From contig USSZ01000001.1 of the NCBI GenBank assembly GCA_900557645.1, positions 1 to 52,181 on the forward strand: DNA of 52,181 nt. The letters run 5' to 3'. The position numbers and the translations under genes are program-made. The DNA is from an uncultured Eubacteriales bacterium (GTDB lineage Bacteria > Bacillota > Clostridia > Christensenellales > UBA1242). Of this stretch, positions 8,040 through 17,032 are shown one piece after another. Each line of letters begins with the position of its first letter. Position 1 is the first letter of the stretch. The notes under the pieces were generated by a model. That model did not search any database. It saw only the letters and a program-made list of their open reading frames with translations, and had not been told where the DNA came from.

Positions 8040-8897
8040 ATGGCAGATAAAAATTTTGAATATTTGATGAGTGATTTAGATAAAATTCAGCCAGTTGATT
8101 TAATGTCAGAAAAAACAACTATGAAAGAAGCAGTAAAATGGGCAAAATCTATTTTAAATTCAATAATAAATAATGGCATAAGGTCAATAAGTGATGAAAA
8201 TAGACAAATATTTTCTGATAAATTGAAAAAATTAGGTGCTTTAAATTTTGAACAACTTAAACAAACACCTTTCTTTGATAGTGAAAGTAAATCAGTAGAA
8301 GATATAATGTCTAAACAAGATAGCATAGAATTTCCATTATCAGCAATGGCTCAATTAGTTGATACTGATAAATCAACTTTTGATTTTGGTTTTAGTTTAA
8401 TATTTGATGGTGGAAAATCAAGTTGGGCGGGGACATGGATAAATGCTCAAAAAGAGAAAAGTGCAGACGAGAAATTTGTTGATATGCTGAAAGATTTGGA
8501 TAAAATTAAGCCTATTGATTTAATGTCAGATAAAACAACTATTGAAGAAGCAGTAGAATGGGCAAAAAGCATTGCACACGCAATAACAGACAATGAGGTA
8601 AGACGTATCTCTGATGATAATCATATTTTAGTTTCAGAAAAATTAAAAGAGTTAGGTGCTTTAAATTTTGAGCAACTTAAACAAACACCTTTCTTTGATA
8701 GTGAAAGTGAATCAGTAGGAGAGATAATGTCTAAACAAGATAGCATAGAATTTCCATTATCAGCAATGGCACAATTGATAGATACAAAAAATGATACTTT
8801 CAATATTGGTTTTGAAATGGCTTTCACTGGTGGAAAGTATAGTTGGATTAATGAATGGCTTGAAGCACAAGATGATATAGAAGAAGAAAATGAATAA
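8040..8897 (+). CDS. hypothetical protein made of two tandem ~140-aa repeats
   Basis: RBS AGGAGGG. Residues ~10-140 and ~149-280 are clearly homologous (DLDKIxPxDLMSxKTTxxEAVxWAKSI ... LGALNFEQLKQTPFFDSES ... IMSKQDSIEFPLSAMAQL). Confidence 0.7.
   Translation: MADKNFEYLMSDLDKIQPVDLMSEKTTMKEAVKWAKSILNSIINNGIRSISDENRQIFSDKLKKLGALNFEQLKQTPFFDSESKSVEDIMSKQDSIEFPLSAMAQLVDTDKSTFDFGFSLIFDGGKSSWAGTWINAQKEKSADEKFVDMLKDLDKIKPIDLMSDKTTIEEAVEWAKSIAHAITDNEVRRISDDNHILVSEKLKELGALNFEQLKQTPFFDSESESVGEIMSKQDSIEFPLSAMAQLIDTKNDTFNIGFEMAFTGGKYSWINEWLEAQDDIEEENE
8067..8880 (+). repeat. intragenic tandem duplication, period about 420 nt
   Basis: Block 8232-8356 recurs at 8652-8776 with only a handful of substitutions. 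TTGATTTAATGTCAGA occurs at both 8095 and 8515. Confidence 0.85.
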
Positions 8898-8924
8898 AAA
8901 AGACGAATTAATTCGTCTTTTTTG
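8897..8924 (+). terminator. rho-independent terminator
   Basis: AGACGAATT/AATTCGTCT palindrome followed by TTTTTT. Confidence 0.8.
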
Positions 8925-9016
8925 TATTAATATTGAAATAAATTAATTATGTTTTGTGATTAATAAAAAATCTACGATAATTTATTATCAAATTTTGTTA
9001 AAAAAAAATTAAATAA

Positions 9017-9052
9017 TTAAAAAAACGGATATTTTTAATTATATCCGTTTTT
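9017..9052. terminator. bidirectional hairpin terminator downstream of tRNA-Glu
   Basis: ACGGATAT-N8-ATATCCGT is flanked by an A-run and a T-run. Confidence 0.6.
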
Positions 9053-9053
9053 A

Positions 9054-9128
9054 TGGTAGCCTCAAGGGGAATCGAACCCCTGATTCCGCCGTGAAAGGGC
9101 GATGTCTTAACCGCTTGACCATGAGGCC
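9054..9128 (-). tRNA. tRNA-Glu (anticodon UUC), CCA encoded
   Basis: The reverse complement reads GGCCTCATGGTCAAGCGGTTAAGACATCGCCCTTTCACGGCGGAATCAGGGGTTCGATTCCCCTTGAGGCTACCA. It folds as a cloverleaf with anticodon loop CTTTCAC and a GGTTCGATTCC T-arm. It is close to Bacillus tRNA-Glu. Confidence 0.92.
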
Positions 9129-9166
9129 ATATATCAAAAATTAGGGAGTTTTTTTGATACTTTTCT

Positions 9167-9195
9167 ATTATAAGTGATAGAAAGCCTTATGTCAA
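9167..9195 (-). promoter_or_regulatory. consensus sigmaA promoter driving tRNA-Glu
   Basis: On the minus strand, TTGACA-17-TATAAT lies about 35-40 nt upstream of the mature tRNA 5' end. Confidence 0.6.
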
Positions 9196-9230
9196 GCATT
9201 TTTTTTAAATTTTATAACTTTGTCGAAAAT

Positions 9231-9956
9231 TTATTTTATTTGATTTCTTGCAACAGCACAAGCATAAATTTCTTTTGCTCCTACAAGCAAACTCGCACAA
9301 ACTTCTAAAGTAGCCCCTGTAGTTACTACATCATCAACAAGAAGTATTCGTTTTCCTTTTATAGCATTTACATCTGTAAGTATTATACTATCTTTTAAAT
9401 TTTCTTGTCGCTGTTGATAATTTAATAATTTTTGATTTTTTGTAAGAACATTTTTACATAAAACTTCTTTGATTGGCTTATTAGTGATTTTACCTAATTG
9501 TTCAGCAATAAGCATTGCAGGGTTATATCCTCTCCGTTTTATTGTTTTTTTATGAGAAGGAACGGGGATTATTATATCAAAATTTAATTTTTCTTGATTT
9601 ATTCTCTCTGCAATAAGTTTTCCGAAAGGTTCGGCTAGATATTTTGCATTATCGCTTTTAAATTTAAGTAATGCTTGTCTTACTCTATTTTCATAATTTA
9701 AAGGACAAACGCATTTTATAAATGTTCGTTTTTTCTCTTTGCAATGATCACAAATGATATTACCTTCTTTAATTTGCATATCACATACAGTGCATCGATT
9801 ACCATTATTAAAGATGTTTGAATTAAGACATTCTTCACAAAAAGGAGTGTCAAAACTTGGAATATCTTTTCCACACAAAATACATTTTATTTTACTTGGA
9901 AATATCATTTCTAAAATTTTATCTTTTATAGTTAATAAATTATCTTTAAAATTCAT
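9231..9956 (-). CDS. comFC: ComF-family phosphoribosyltransferase-like protein (ComFC)
   Basis: The N-terminus has CxxC zinc-finger pairs (CILCGK, CEEC, CTVCD, CDHC). The C-terminus has the PRTase motif ILLVDDVVTTGATL. Confidence 0.8.
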   Translation of the reverse strand: MNFKDNLLTIKDKILEMIFPSKIKCILCGKDIPSFDTPFCEECLNSNIFNNGNRCTVCDMQIKEGNIICDHCKEKKRTFIKCVCPLNYENRVRQALLKFKSDNAKYLAEPFGKLIAERINQEKLNFDIIIPVPSHKKTIKRRGYNPAMLIAEQLGKITNKPIKEVLCKNVLTKNQKLLNYQQRQENLKDSIILTDVNAIKGKRILLVDDVVTTGATLEVCASLLVGAKEIYACAVARNQIK

Positions 9957-9971
9957 TTTTTATCCTTAGTT

Positions 9972-12209
9972 TTAATCAAAAAGTTCTTTTATTTTTTTGT
10001 CAGACAAAATAATTAAATCTTTTAGCAAAGTGAACCTTTGAACAGTATATTTGTTAGCAACCATTCTTTTTAAATTTGTTTGTTCTCCAACAATTACAAC
10101 CATTTTTTTTGCTCTTGTTACTGCTGTGTAAATTAAATTTCTAGTTAAAATCATGCTTGGGCCAGCAATAGCAGGAATTATGACTATATCAAATTCAGAG
10201 CCTTGACTTTTGTGTATTGTAATTGCATAAGCAAGAGAAAGTTGATTTATATCAGTTCTAGGATATATGCATCTTCGTCCGTCTTCAAACATGACAACCA
10301 TTTCATTGGTTTGAAAATCAATAAGTTCAATATAACCTATATCACCATTAAAAACACCTTCGCCTTCTTCTTCAATAAATCCATTCATTTTTTTCCAAAC
10401 AAGATTATAGTTATTTGTGGTTTGCATGACTTTATCACCAACTCTAAATATTGTATCTCCAACAGGAATTTCCATTTTGTTTATAGAAGGTGGATTTAGA
10501 TTTTGTTGCAGACTTTTATTTAAGTTGTCAATTCCACAAACTCCTGCTTTAAGAGGGGCAAGCACTTGAATTTGACTGCTTTCAAGACCTGTAAATTTTG
10601 GAAGTCTTGAAACAACCATATCAACAATAGAATTTTTGATGTCGTTTAATTCATGTTTTTCTTCAAAAAAGAAATCTTTTGACTGGTTGTTTATTAAAGG
10701 CATTTTACCAGAATTGATAAGGTGAGCATTTGTTATGATTAAACTATCATCACTTTGTCTAAAAATTTTAGTCAGCATTGAGATTTTAATTACGCCACTA
10801 TTTAAAATATCGGTGAGAACATTACCAGCACCAACGCTTGGAAGTTGGTCTTTATCACCAACAAGAATAAGTTTACAATCTCTTGGAAGAGCCTTGCAAA
10901 GATGATTCATTAAGGCAACATCTACCATGGATACCTCGTCAACAATGACAACATTAGTTTTAAATGTATTGTTTTCATTGTAAACAAATCTGCTTATTTT
11001 GGCTAGGTCGCCACTTGCAACTTCTAGTGCACGATGAATTGTTTTAGCCTCTTCCCCAGTGCTGTCGGACATTCTTTTTGCAGCCCGACCAGTAGGTGCT
11101 AAAAGCATAAACTTTTGATTATTTTCTTTTAAAATTTCAATTATGCATTTAATTATAGTGGTTTTTCCTGTTCCTGGGCCTCCTGTAATTACTGAAACAC
11201 CACTATTTATAGAATTTTTTATGGCGTTTTTTTGCTCTTCATGAAAGGATATGTGATTACGTTCTTCAAAATGTTTGATTTCATCTTCAAGATTAAGTTT
11301 GTTCACTATTTGAACAGTGTTTAAAAGTGTAAGTTTTTGAGCAACAGCATTTTCATAAAAATAATATTTTGATGGTATGATAATTTCGCTTTCATGATAC
11401 CACATAGTTATAACTGTTTTGTCTAGAGTTAAACTTGAAAGTGCTTCGTCATATAAATTTTGATTTGAATCAATATCAAGTTCTAAAAGATTAGATGCTT
11501 GATTCATTAAAACAGGTTTTGGAAGATAAGTATTTCCAGTTTTATCGACTGAAGATGATAGGGCATAGAGAAGACCAGCACGGACTCTATATTCACTATT
11601 TTGAGGGATTCCAATACTCTTGGCAATTTTATCTGCAGTCATAAAGCCAATTCCATCAATATCTTCGACAAGTCTATAAGGATTATTTTTCACTGTGTCA
11701 ACAGTCTTTGCACCATAAACTTCATAAATTTTGAGTGCCATATTAGTTGTAATGTTATATTTTTGTAAAAACATGACTGTATTTTGAAGTTTTTTGAGTT
11801 CTTTAAACTTATCTCCAATATCAAGAGCCTTTTTCATGCTTATATTTTTTACTTCAGCAAGCATTGAAGGATTCATTTCAATAATATCAAAAGTTTGTTC
11901 TTTAAAGTGATTTACAATATTTTTTGCAGTTACAGGTCCTACGCCTTTTATAAGGCCTGAAGATAAATATTTTTCTATTCCTGCAAGAGTTGTTGGAAGA
12001 ATTACTTCATAGGAATTGAAAGCAAATTGTCTCCCATATTTTGAGTTGTTGACAAATTCTCCTTCCAACGATAAATTCTCACCAATATTAGCATTGATGA
12101 GTTTTCCAACACAAATAACAGGTGTTGTATTATAATCAATTCCAAAAACAGTATAACCATTTTGTTCGTTTCGGAATATAATTTCTTCAATAGGTCCTTC
12201 AATTTGCAT
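9972..12209 (-). CDS. recD2: RecD2-type SF1B ATP-dependent DNA helicase (YrrC-like)
   Basis: The N-terminal ...IIFRNEQNGYTVF... is typical of RecD2. It has Walker A GGPGTGKTT, and the motifs VVIVDEVSMVD, LVGDKDQLPSVGAGNV, TIHKSQGSEF and YTAVTRAKK. Confidence 0.88.
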   Translation of the reverse strand: MQIEGPIEEIIFRNEQNGYTVFGIDYNTTPVICVGKLINANIGENLSLEGEFVNNSKYGRQFAFNSYEVILPTTLAGIEKYLSSGLIKGVGPVTAKNIVNHFKEQTFDIIEMNPSMLAEVKNISMKKALDIGDKFKELKKLQNTVMFLQKYNITTNMALKIYEVYGAKTVDTVKNNPYRLVEDIDGIGFMTADKIAKSIGIPQNSEYRVRAGLLYALSSSVDKTGNTYLPKPVLMNQASNLLELDIDSNQNLYDEALSSLTLDKTVITMWYHESEIIIPSKYYFYENAVAQKLTLLNTVQIVNKLNLEDEIKHFEERNHISFHEEQKNAIKNSINSGVSVITGGPGTGKTTIIKCIIEILKENNQKFMLLAPTGRAAKRMSDSTGEEAKTIHRALEVASGDLAKISRFVYNENNTFKTNVVIVDEVSMVDVALMNHLCKALPRDCKLILVGDKDQLPSVGAGNVLTDILNSGVIKISMLTKIFRQSDDSLIITNAHLINSGKMPLINNQSKDFFFEEKHELNDIKNSIVDMVVSRLPKFTGLESSQIQVLAPLKAGVCGIDNLNKSLQQNLNPPSINKMEIPVGDTIFRVGDKVMQTTNNYNLVWKKMNGFIEEEGEGVFNGDIGYIELIDFQTNEMVVMFEDGRRCIYPRTDINQLSLAYAITIHKSQGSEFDIVIIPAIAGPSMILTRNLIYTAVTRAKKMVVIVGEQTNLKRMVANKYTVQRFTLLKDLIILSDKKIKELFD

Positions 12210-12254
12210 ATTTATATTTTAATATCAATTATGCTTAAAATCAACTAAAAAAGG

Positions 12255-12283
12255 TTGCATTTAGAAGATTTTTTAATTATACT
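12255..12283 (+). promoter_or_regulatory. sigmaA-type promoter for the MarR gene
   Basis: TTGCAT-17-TATACT. Confidence 0.35.
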
Positions 12284-12303
12284 TATAATCAGAGAGATAC
12301 AAT

Positions 12304-12687
12304 ATGAAAAGAGCAGAAAAACTTATAGAAATTGAATCGTTATTAGAGAACTTGATGAAAAGCCGAAGAGATGGCAGTATTTTACGTATGAAGATTTTAT
12401 TTTTCGGACAAATTTATGAAAATCTTTCTGTAAGCATGATAATTGAAAAATTAGGAATAAAAAAGACTAATTTTGCTTTAATGACTTCTGCACTTGAAAA
12501 AGAAGGTTGTTTGGTAATAAAAAAATCAAGTATGGATAAAAGATGTCATGTTATAGAACTTACAGAGAAAGGGAAAAATGAACTTGATAATTATTTAAAA
12601 GAATTTGATAAGGCACTTGGTCCAACATCGCCTGATGTTGACTATGCAGTTGATGTTTTATGTAAATACTTAAATAAAATAGTTTAA
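12304..12687 (+). CDS. MarR-family transcriptional regulator
   Basis: A small (127 aa) winged-HTH protein: LSVSMIIEKLGIKKTNFALMTSALEKEGCLVIKKSSMDKRCHVIELTEKGK. Confidence 0.7.
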   Translation: MKRAEKLIEIESLLENLMKSRRDGSILRMKILFFGQIYENLSVSMIIEKLGIKKTNFALMTSALEKEGCLVIKKSSMDKRCHVIELTEKGKNELDNYLKEFDKALGPTSPDVDYAVDVLCKYLNKIV

Positions 12688-12860
12688 CAACATATTCGTT
12701 ATAAATCATAATAAATAAAATAAATTAATTTTTTTAAATAAACATTGATAAATTTAATATAAATTTAAAATAACACATAATGTCGTAATATTATATTATA
12801 ATGTATAATTTAAAAGATACACTATAATAAAAAATCATAGATATATATAAAGGAGCAATA

Positions 12861-14231
12861 ATGCTAAAATTTTTTAATTCTCTCACAAGAAAAAAAGAGG
12901 AGTTTGTGCCTCATGGAGATGTTGTAAAAATGTATTCATGTGGACCTACTGTCTATTCGTATCCTCATATAGGTAATATGCGTGCTTATTTATTTATGGA
13001 TAATATTAGACGTGTATTAAAATATAATGGTTTTAAAATTGATGGAGTGATGAATATTACAGATGTAGGACATTTGACAAGTGATGCTGATGAAGGCGAA
13101 GATAAGATGCTTGTAGCAAGTCAAAAAGAAAATAAATCTCCATGGGAAATTGCTAAATTTTATACAGATATTTTCATGAAAGATGTAAAAAAACTAAATA
13201 TTGATTTACCAGAACATATTTGTCCAGCGACTACAGTTATTGATGATATAATAAACTTTGTTAAGGGACTTTTAGATAAAGGGTATGCATATCAAACAAG
13301 TAAAGGAATATATTTTGATATTTCAAAATTTGCAGGCTATGGTCAACTTGGCATGGACGTAAACAGTAAAAAAGCAGGTGCAAGAATAGAAGTTGATAAT
13401 GAAAAAAGACATCCTGCTGATTTCGCACTTTGGATAAAAGCACCTAAAGAGCATATTATGCAATGGGAAAGCCCTTGGGGAATGGGTTATCCAGGTTGGC
13501 ATATTGAGTGTTCGGCAATAGGCAAAAAATATTTAGGCGACTATATAGATATCCATACGGGAGGAGTAGATCATAAAACAATACACCATGAGAATGAAAT
13601 TGCCCAAAGTGATTGTTTGGAAGGACATAAAGTAGTTCATTTTTGGATGCATCTTGAATTTTTACAAATAGATGGTGGCAAGATGAGTAAAAGTCTTCAT
13701 AATGTTTTTACACTTGAAGATATAGAAAATAATGGTTTCAGCCCAGAAGATTTTAGATATTTTTATTTTAATGCACATTATTCAAAACAGCAAAATTTTA
13801 CTTATGATTCATTGATGTCAGCAAAAAATTCTTTAAAAAACTTAAAAAAGGCAGTAAGTGAACATAAAAATGGGGAATATAAACTTCCAGTCAATATTAA
13901 AAATCAATATGAAGAAGAGTTTTTAAACGCTATTAATGATGATTTGAATATGCCTGTTGCTTTAGCAGTTTGTCAAAAATTGTTAAAAGAAAAGAAGAGT
14001 AATGATGTTTATCTTCTAATGATGAAGTTTAATCAAATTTTAGGTCTTGATTTTGATGATAATAAAGAAAATCAAGATGTTCCTGAAGAAGTAAAGCGTA
14101 TTGCAGAAGAAAGATGGAAAGCAAAATTAGAGAAAAATTTTGCTTATGCAGACCAATTAAGGGAAAAATTGACAGAATTAGGATATAATGTGTTGGATAA
14201 AAGAGAAGGGTATTCTTTAGTAAAAATATAA
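12861..14231 (+). CDS. cysS: cysteine--tRNA ligase
   Basis: RBS AAGGAG. It has the class I motifs HIGN (PHIGNMRAY) and KMSKS, and the CysRS WHIECS zinc site. Confidence 0.93.
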   Translation: MLKFFNSLTRKKEEFVPHGDVVKMYSCGPTVYSYPHIGNMRAYLFMDNIRRVLKYNGFKIDGVMNITDVGHLTSDADEGEDKMLVASQKENKSPWEIAKFYTDIFMKDVKKLNIDLPEHICPATTVIDDIINFVKGLLDKGYAYQTSKGIYFDISKFAGYGQLGMDVNSKKAGARIEVDNEKRHPADFALWIKAPKEHIMQWESPWGMGYPGWHIECSAIGKKYLGDYIDIHTGGVDHKTIHHENEIAQSDCLEGHKVVHFWMHLEFLQIDGGKMSKSLHNVFTLEDIENNGFSPEDFRYFYFNAHYSKQQNFTYDSLMSAKNSLKNLKKAVSEHKNGEYKLPVNIKNQYEEEFLNAINDDLNMPVALAVCQKLLKEKKSNDVYLLMMKFNQILGLDFDDNKENQDVPEEVKRIAEERWKAKLEKNFAYADQLREKLTELGYNVLDKREGYSLVKI

Positions 14232-14248
14232 TAACTATTTATTAAAAA

Positions 14249-14284
14249 AATCCATATTAAGCAAAATAATATGGATTTTTTTTG
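14249..14284 (+). terminator. rho-independent terminator after cysS
   Basis: 11-bp stem AATCCATATTA/TAATATGGATT followed by a T-run. Confidence 0.8.
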
Positions 14285-14390
14285 TTTATAAATTGTTAGT
14301 TTAAAATTCTATTTATTTTAAAATTATTGCTTTATAAAATATTAAAATTTATTGGTTTTATATGAATTTTCGTTTATTATGTTTTAAACA

Positions 14391-14419
14391 TTGTAAAAAC
14401 ACGATAGTTATGGTATAAT
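14391..14419 (+). promoter_or_regulatory. sigmaA-type promoter with extended -10
   Basis: TTGTAA-17 (ending TGg)-TATAAT, followed by RBS GGAGG. Confidence 0.45.
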
Positions 14420-14442
14420 AAAAAAGTTGGAGGCAGAGAAAT

Positions 14443-15822
14443 ATGAAAATCAATATAAAGATGCATACAATTTTGAATGGTGAGAAAGGATGCTATACAA
14501 AAGATGAGTTGAGTGCAATAATTAGTAAAATATTAGATCAATATGGTGTAAATGAAGGATATTCAATAGGAAAAGATACATTTAATGAAATATTAGTAAA
14601 TGATATAGCAAATGAGTTTGCAAATAAGATTCCAAGAAATTATGACTATGATTTTAATCGTTTGGTTGCAGGGCTTATGGGTGCAACTTGCTATATGCCA
14701 GATTCTTTTGAAAAGTTAAATAAGAAGAAAAATGAAAGTATTTTAAATATTGCTTCGATAGTTGAAAATAGTGGACATCATTCCACATTTGGTCATTCTT
14801 TCTTAACTTTAGAAATTTCTGGAATTCCAAAAGCACTTGCAATGGTGATTAATAATGAACATGATTATAATACTAGTGAAAAATCAGCAAGATATACAGT
14901 CATGAAAGATATTGAACCTAGACAAAATCAACTTTATAATAAATGGCTTGAAATTTTTGAGAAAAAAATTAAAGATAAATATCCAGATGGAAGCAATTCT
15001 TTTTTTGATGAAAATGGTAAAAAAGCACATAAACTTGCACAAGAGAATGCAAGATATATGATTTCTGTTTTCACTCCAACCAATATGGTATACACGACTA
15101 ATTTTAGACAATTAAATTACATTTGCCATTGGATGGAAAAACAGATAGAAAAACCAACAAATAATTTTTATAAAGTGTTGAAAAATGATATGCAAGAATT
15201 TGTTGATTTTTGTAAAGATAATAATTTATATTCAGAAAAACTTACTGATGGAAAAGATAGAGATTTTTCATTGTTTGGAGATCCAATTTTAAAGAAAGAT
15301 TTTTCATCTAACTATCAATGTGCATATAAAATGTCGTTTGCTTGTCTTGCCCAAGAGCAACGCCATAGAACGATAGATTTTAATATAAATAGATTAAAAT
15401 TTGTTGATGATTTTTCAAAGAATAAAGAATTTTACATACCACCAATAATAAGAGATGATAAAGATTTAGTAGATGAATATCTAAAGGATATTTCGTCAGT
15501 TGCAGAGTTCTTGCCTCAGGGGACGATGATTGAAGTAGGAGAAAGGGGAACTTTTGAAAACTTTATTGCAAAGTCAAAAGAGAGAATATGTGCACAAGCA
15601 CAAAAAGAGATAAGAGATTTGACAGTTGAACAGGCAAAAGATTATTTAAGTCAATTGATTGAGGATAAAAATAATTGTGATGATGAACAGTTGAAAGAAA
15701 TTTATGAATCATATATAACAGATTTGTCAAAAAGAATAAAAGGTTCTAGATGCACTGCAGGATATAAATGTTCATCGCCTTGTTCTTTCAAACAAGGTAT
15801 AAATCTTGAAAGTGATGTGTAA
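14443..15822 (+). CDS. ThyX-like (Thy1 family) protein, atypical long form with split/degenerate motifs
   Basis: It carries ThyX-like motifs. These are HHSTFGHS (H-SV-EH), SEKSARY (S-x-x-S-x-RY), ENARYMISVFTPTNMVYTTNFRQLNYICHWM, AQEQRHRT (RHR) and ICAQAQKEIR (AQ-EIR). See findings. Confidence 0.5.
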   Translation: MKINIKMHTILNGEKGCYTKDELSAIISKILDQYGVNEGYSIGKDTFNEILVNDIANEFANKIPRNYDYDFNRLVAGLMGATCYMPDSFEKLNKKKNESILNIASIVENSGHHSTFGHSFLTLEISGIPKALAMVINNEHDYNTSEKSARYTVMKDIEPRQNQLYNKWLEIFEKKIKDKYPDGSNSFFDENGKKAHKLAQENARYMISVFTPTNMVYTTNFRQLNYICHWMEKQIEKPTNNFYKVLKNDMQEFVDFCKDNNLYSEKLTDGKDRDFSLFGDPILKKDFSSNYQCAYKMSFACLAQEQRHRTIDFNINRLKFVDDFSKNKEFYIPPIIRDDKDLVDEYLKDISSVAEFLPQGTMIEVGERGTFENFIAKSKERICAQAQKEIRDLTVEQAKDYLSQLIEDKNNCDDEQLKEIYESYITDLSKRIKGSRCTAGYKCSSPCSFKQGINLESDV

Positions 15823-15835
15823 AAATAAAAAAATA

Positions 15836-15866
15836 AAAAAGTTGGATTTAATCCAACTTTTTTTAA
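15836..15866. terminator. bidirectional terminator shared by the convergent ThyX-like gene and rplL
   Basis: AAAGTTGGATT/AATCCAACTTT palindrome flanked by an A-run and a T-run. Confidence 0.8.
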
Positions 15867-15897
15867 CACAATATTCTTTAAATTTTTATAATTTGAT

Positions 15898-16272
15898 TTA
15901 TTTAAGTTTAACAGTTGCGCCAGCTTCTTTAAGTTTAGCTTCGATTTCTTTTGCTTCTTCTGTTGGAACGTTTTCTTTAACAGCTTTTGGAGCACTTTCA
16001 ACTAATGCTTTAGCCTCTCCAAGTCCAAGTCCAGTAATTTCTCTTACAACTTTAATAACTGCGATTTTGTTAGCGCCAACTTCAGTAAGTTCAACTGTGA
16101 ATTCTGATTTTTCTTCAGCGGCTGGAGCAGCAGCACCAGCAACAGGAGCAGCAACTGCAACAGGAGCAGCAGCAGAAACTCCAAATGTTTCTTCGAGTTC
16201 TTTTACAAGTTCAGAAACTTCAAGAACACTCATAGATTTAATTTCTTCAACTAATTTTGCGATATCAGCCAT
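15898..16272 (-). CDS. rplL: 50S ribosomal protein L7/L12
   Basis: [37 protein letters not shown]...[12 protein letters not shown]...[19 protein letters not shown] is canonical L7/L12. Confidence 0.95.
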   Translation of the reverse strand: MADIAKLVEEIKSMSVLEVSELVKELEETFGVSAAAPVAVAAPVAGAAAPAAEEKSEFTVELTEVGANKIAVIKVVREITGLGLGEAKALVESAPKAVKENVPTEEAKEIEAKLKEAGATVKLK

Positions 16273-16336
16273 TTTAAAATTCCTCCTAAATGATTAAATA
16301 AATAGTTTTTGTTTTTTAATTCAATAAGAACAAGTC

Positions 16337-16852
16337 TTATTTTGTTGCAATAGCATTTAAAGCGATTGCAAGCCCTTGAACAGGGGCGATAAGAACTCTT
16401 GCAAGTGCAGATATAGGTGCATTGAGAGTTCCAAGTAATTTGGCAATAAGAACTTCTTTGCTTGGAAGTTTTGCCAGAGCTTCAATTTCCTTAGCATCAA
16501 CGAAGTTACCATTAAGCAAACCAAATTTTACGGTTAATTTCTTTGTTTTGTCAGCAGTTTCACAAACGATTTTTGCTCCACTTACTTCATCGTCATAACT
16601 GAAAGCAACCGCAGTAGTGCCATGAAGAAATTCTTCAGCACTTTTGATTCCAAGTTCGTTGAGTGCAAGGAGCAATAATTTATTTTTATATACTTTATAT
16701 TCAGCACCGTTCTTTTTAAAGTTACGACGCATTTCAGTATCTTCAGCTACAGTTAAAGCATTGTAGTCAACGAAAGTAACAGATTTTGCTCTTGAGAGTT
16801 TTTCTTTAATTTCTTCAACTATCAATTTTTTTGCTTCTAAATTAGCACTCAT
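16337..16852 (-). CDS. rplJ: 50S ribosomal protein L10
   Basis: RBS AAGGAGG. The start ...KKLIVEEIKEKLSRAKSVTFVDYNALTVAEDTEMRRNFKKNGAEYKVYKN is typical L10. The gene lies immediately upstream of rplL. Confidence 0.93.
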   Translation of the reverse strand: MSANLEAKKLIVEEIKEKLSRAKSVTFVDYNALTVAEDTEMRRNFKKNGAEYKVYKNKLLLLALNELGIKSAEEFLHGTTAVAFSYDDEVSGAKIVCETADKTKKLTVKFGLLNGNFVDAKEIEALAKLPSKEVLIAKLLGTLNAPISALARVLIAPVQGLAIALNAIATK

Positions 16853-17026
16853 GAAATCTTTTCCTCCTTATCTTGAATATTGTGTTATGAAAAAATAAAA
16901 TCTCTATGCCTGCGGAAAAAAGCATAGAGATAAAAAATCTTAACTATTTACTTCTTTCCTCGGCAAGCACACGCTAGGTGTTTATGTTTTCACACTTGCT
17001 GTCTATGGATAGACTTTATTTTAACA
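16853..17026 (-). promoter_or_regulatory. rplJ (L10) leader with intrinsic attenuator hairpin
   Basis: A ~170-nt 5' UTR forms the only GC-enriched, structured intergenic RNA in the window. The stem TCTCTATGC...GCATAGAGA (16901-16930) is followed on the minus strand by UUUUAUUUUUU, just before the RBS. Firmicute L10 leaders act by attenuation. Confidence 0.6.
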
Positions 17027-17032
17027 TCATCA

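Noticed and set aside
3400-9053. Possible genomic island integrated at the 3' end of tRNA-Glu (a run of hypothetical or accessory genes)
   Set aside because: I could find no integrase, recombinase or transposase, and no direct repeat of the tRNA 3' end. There is no visible compositional shift. The genes have individual promoters and terminators and mixed orientation.
12688-12860. Possible T-box leader upstream of cysS (and likewise 17061-17246 upstream of leuS)
   Set aside because: Both spacers are almost pure A/T. They have no specifier-domain features, no conserved T-box sequence (…GGUGGNACCGCG…) and no terminator/antiterminator pair. They look like plain promoters.
15806-16297. 163-aa plus-strand ORF rich in Ala/Ser/Thr
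   Set aside because: It is the antisense shadow of rplL. The Ala/Glu/Lys-rich L7/L12 codons give an open reverse frame. It has no RBS, and rplL is unambiguous.
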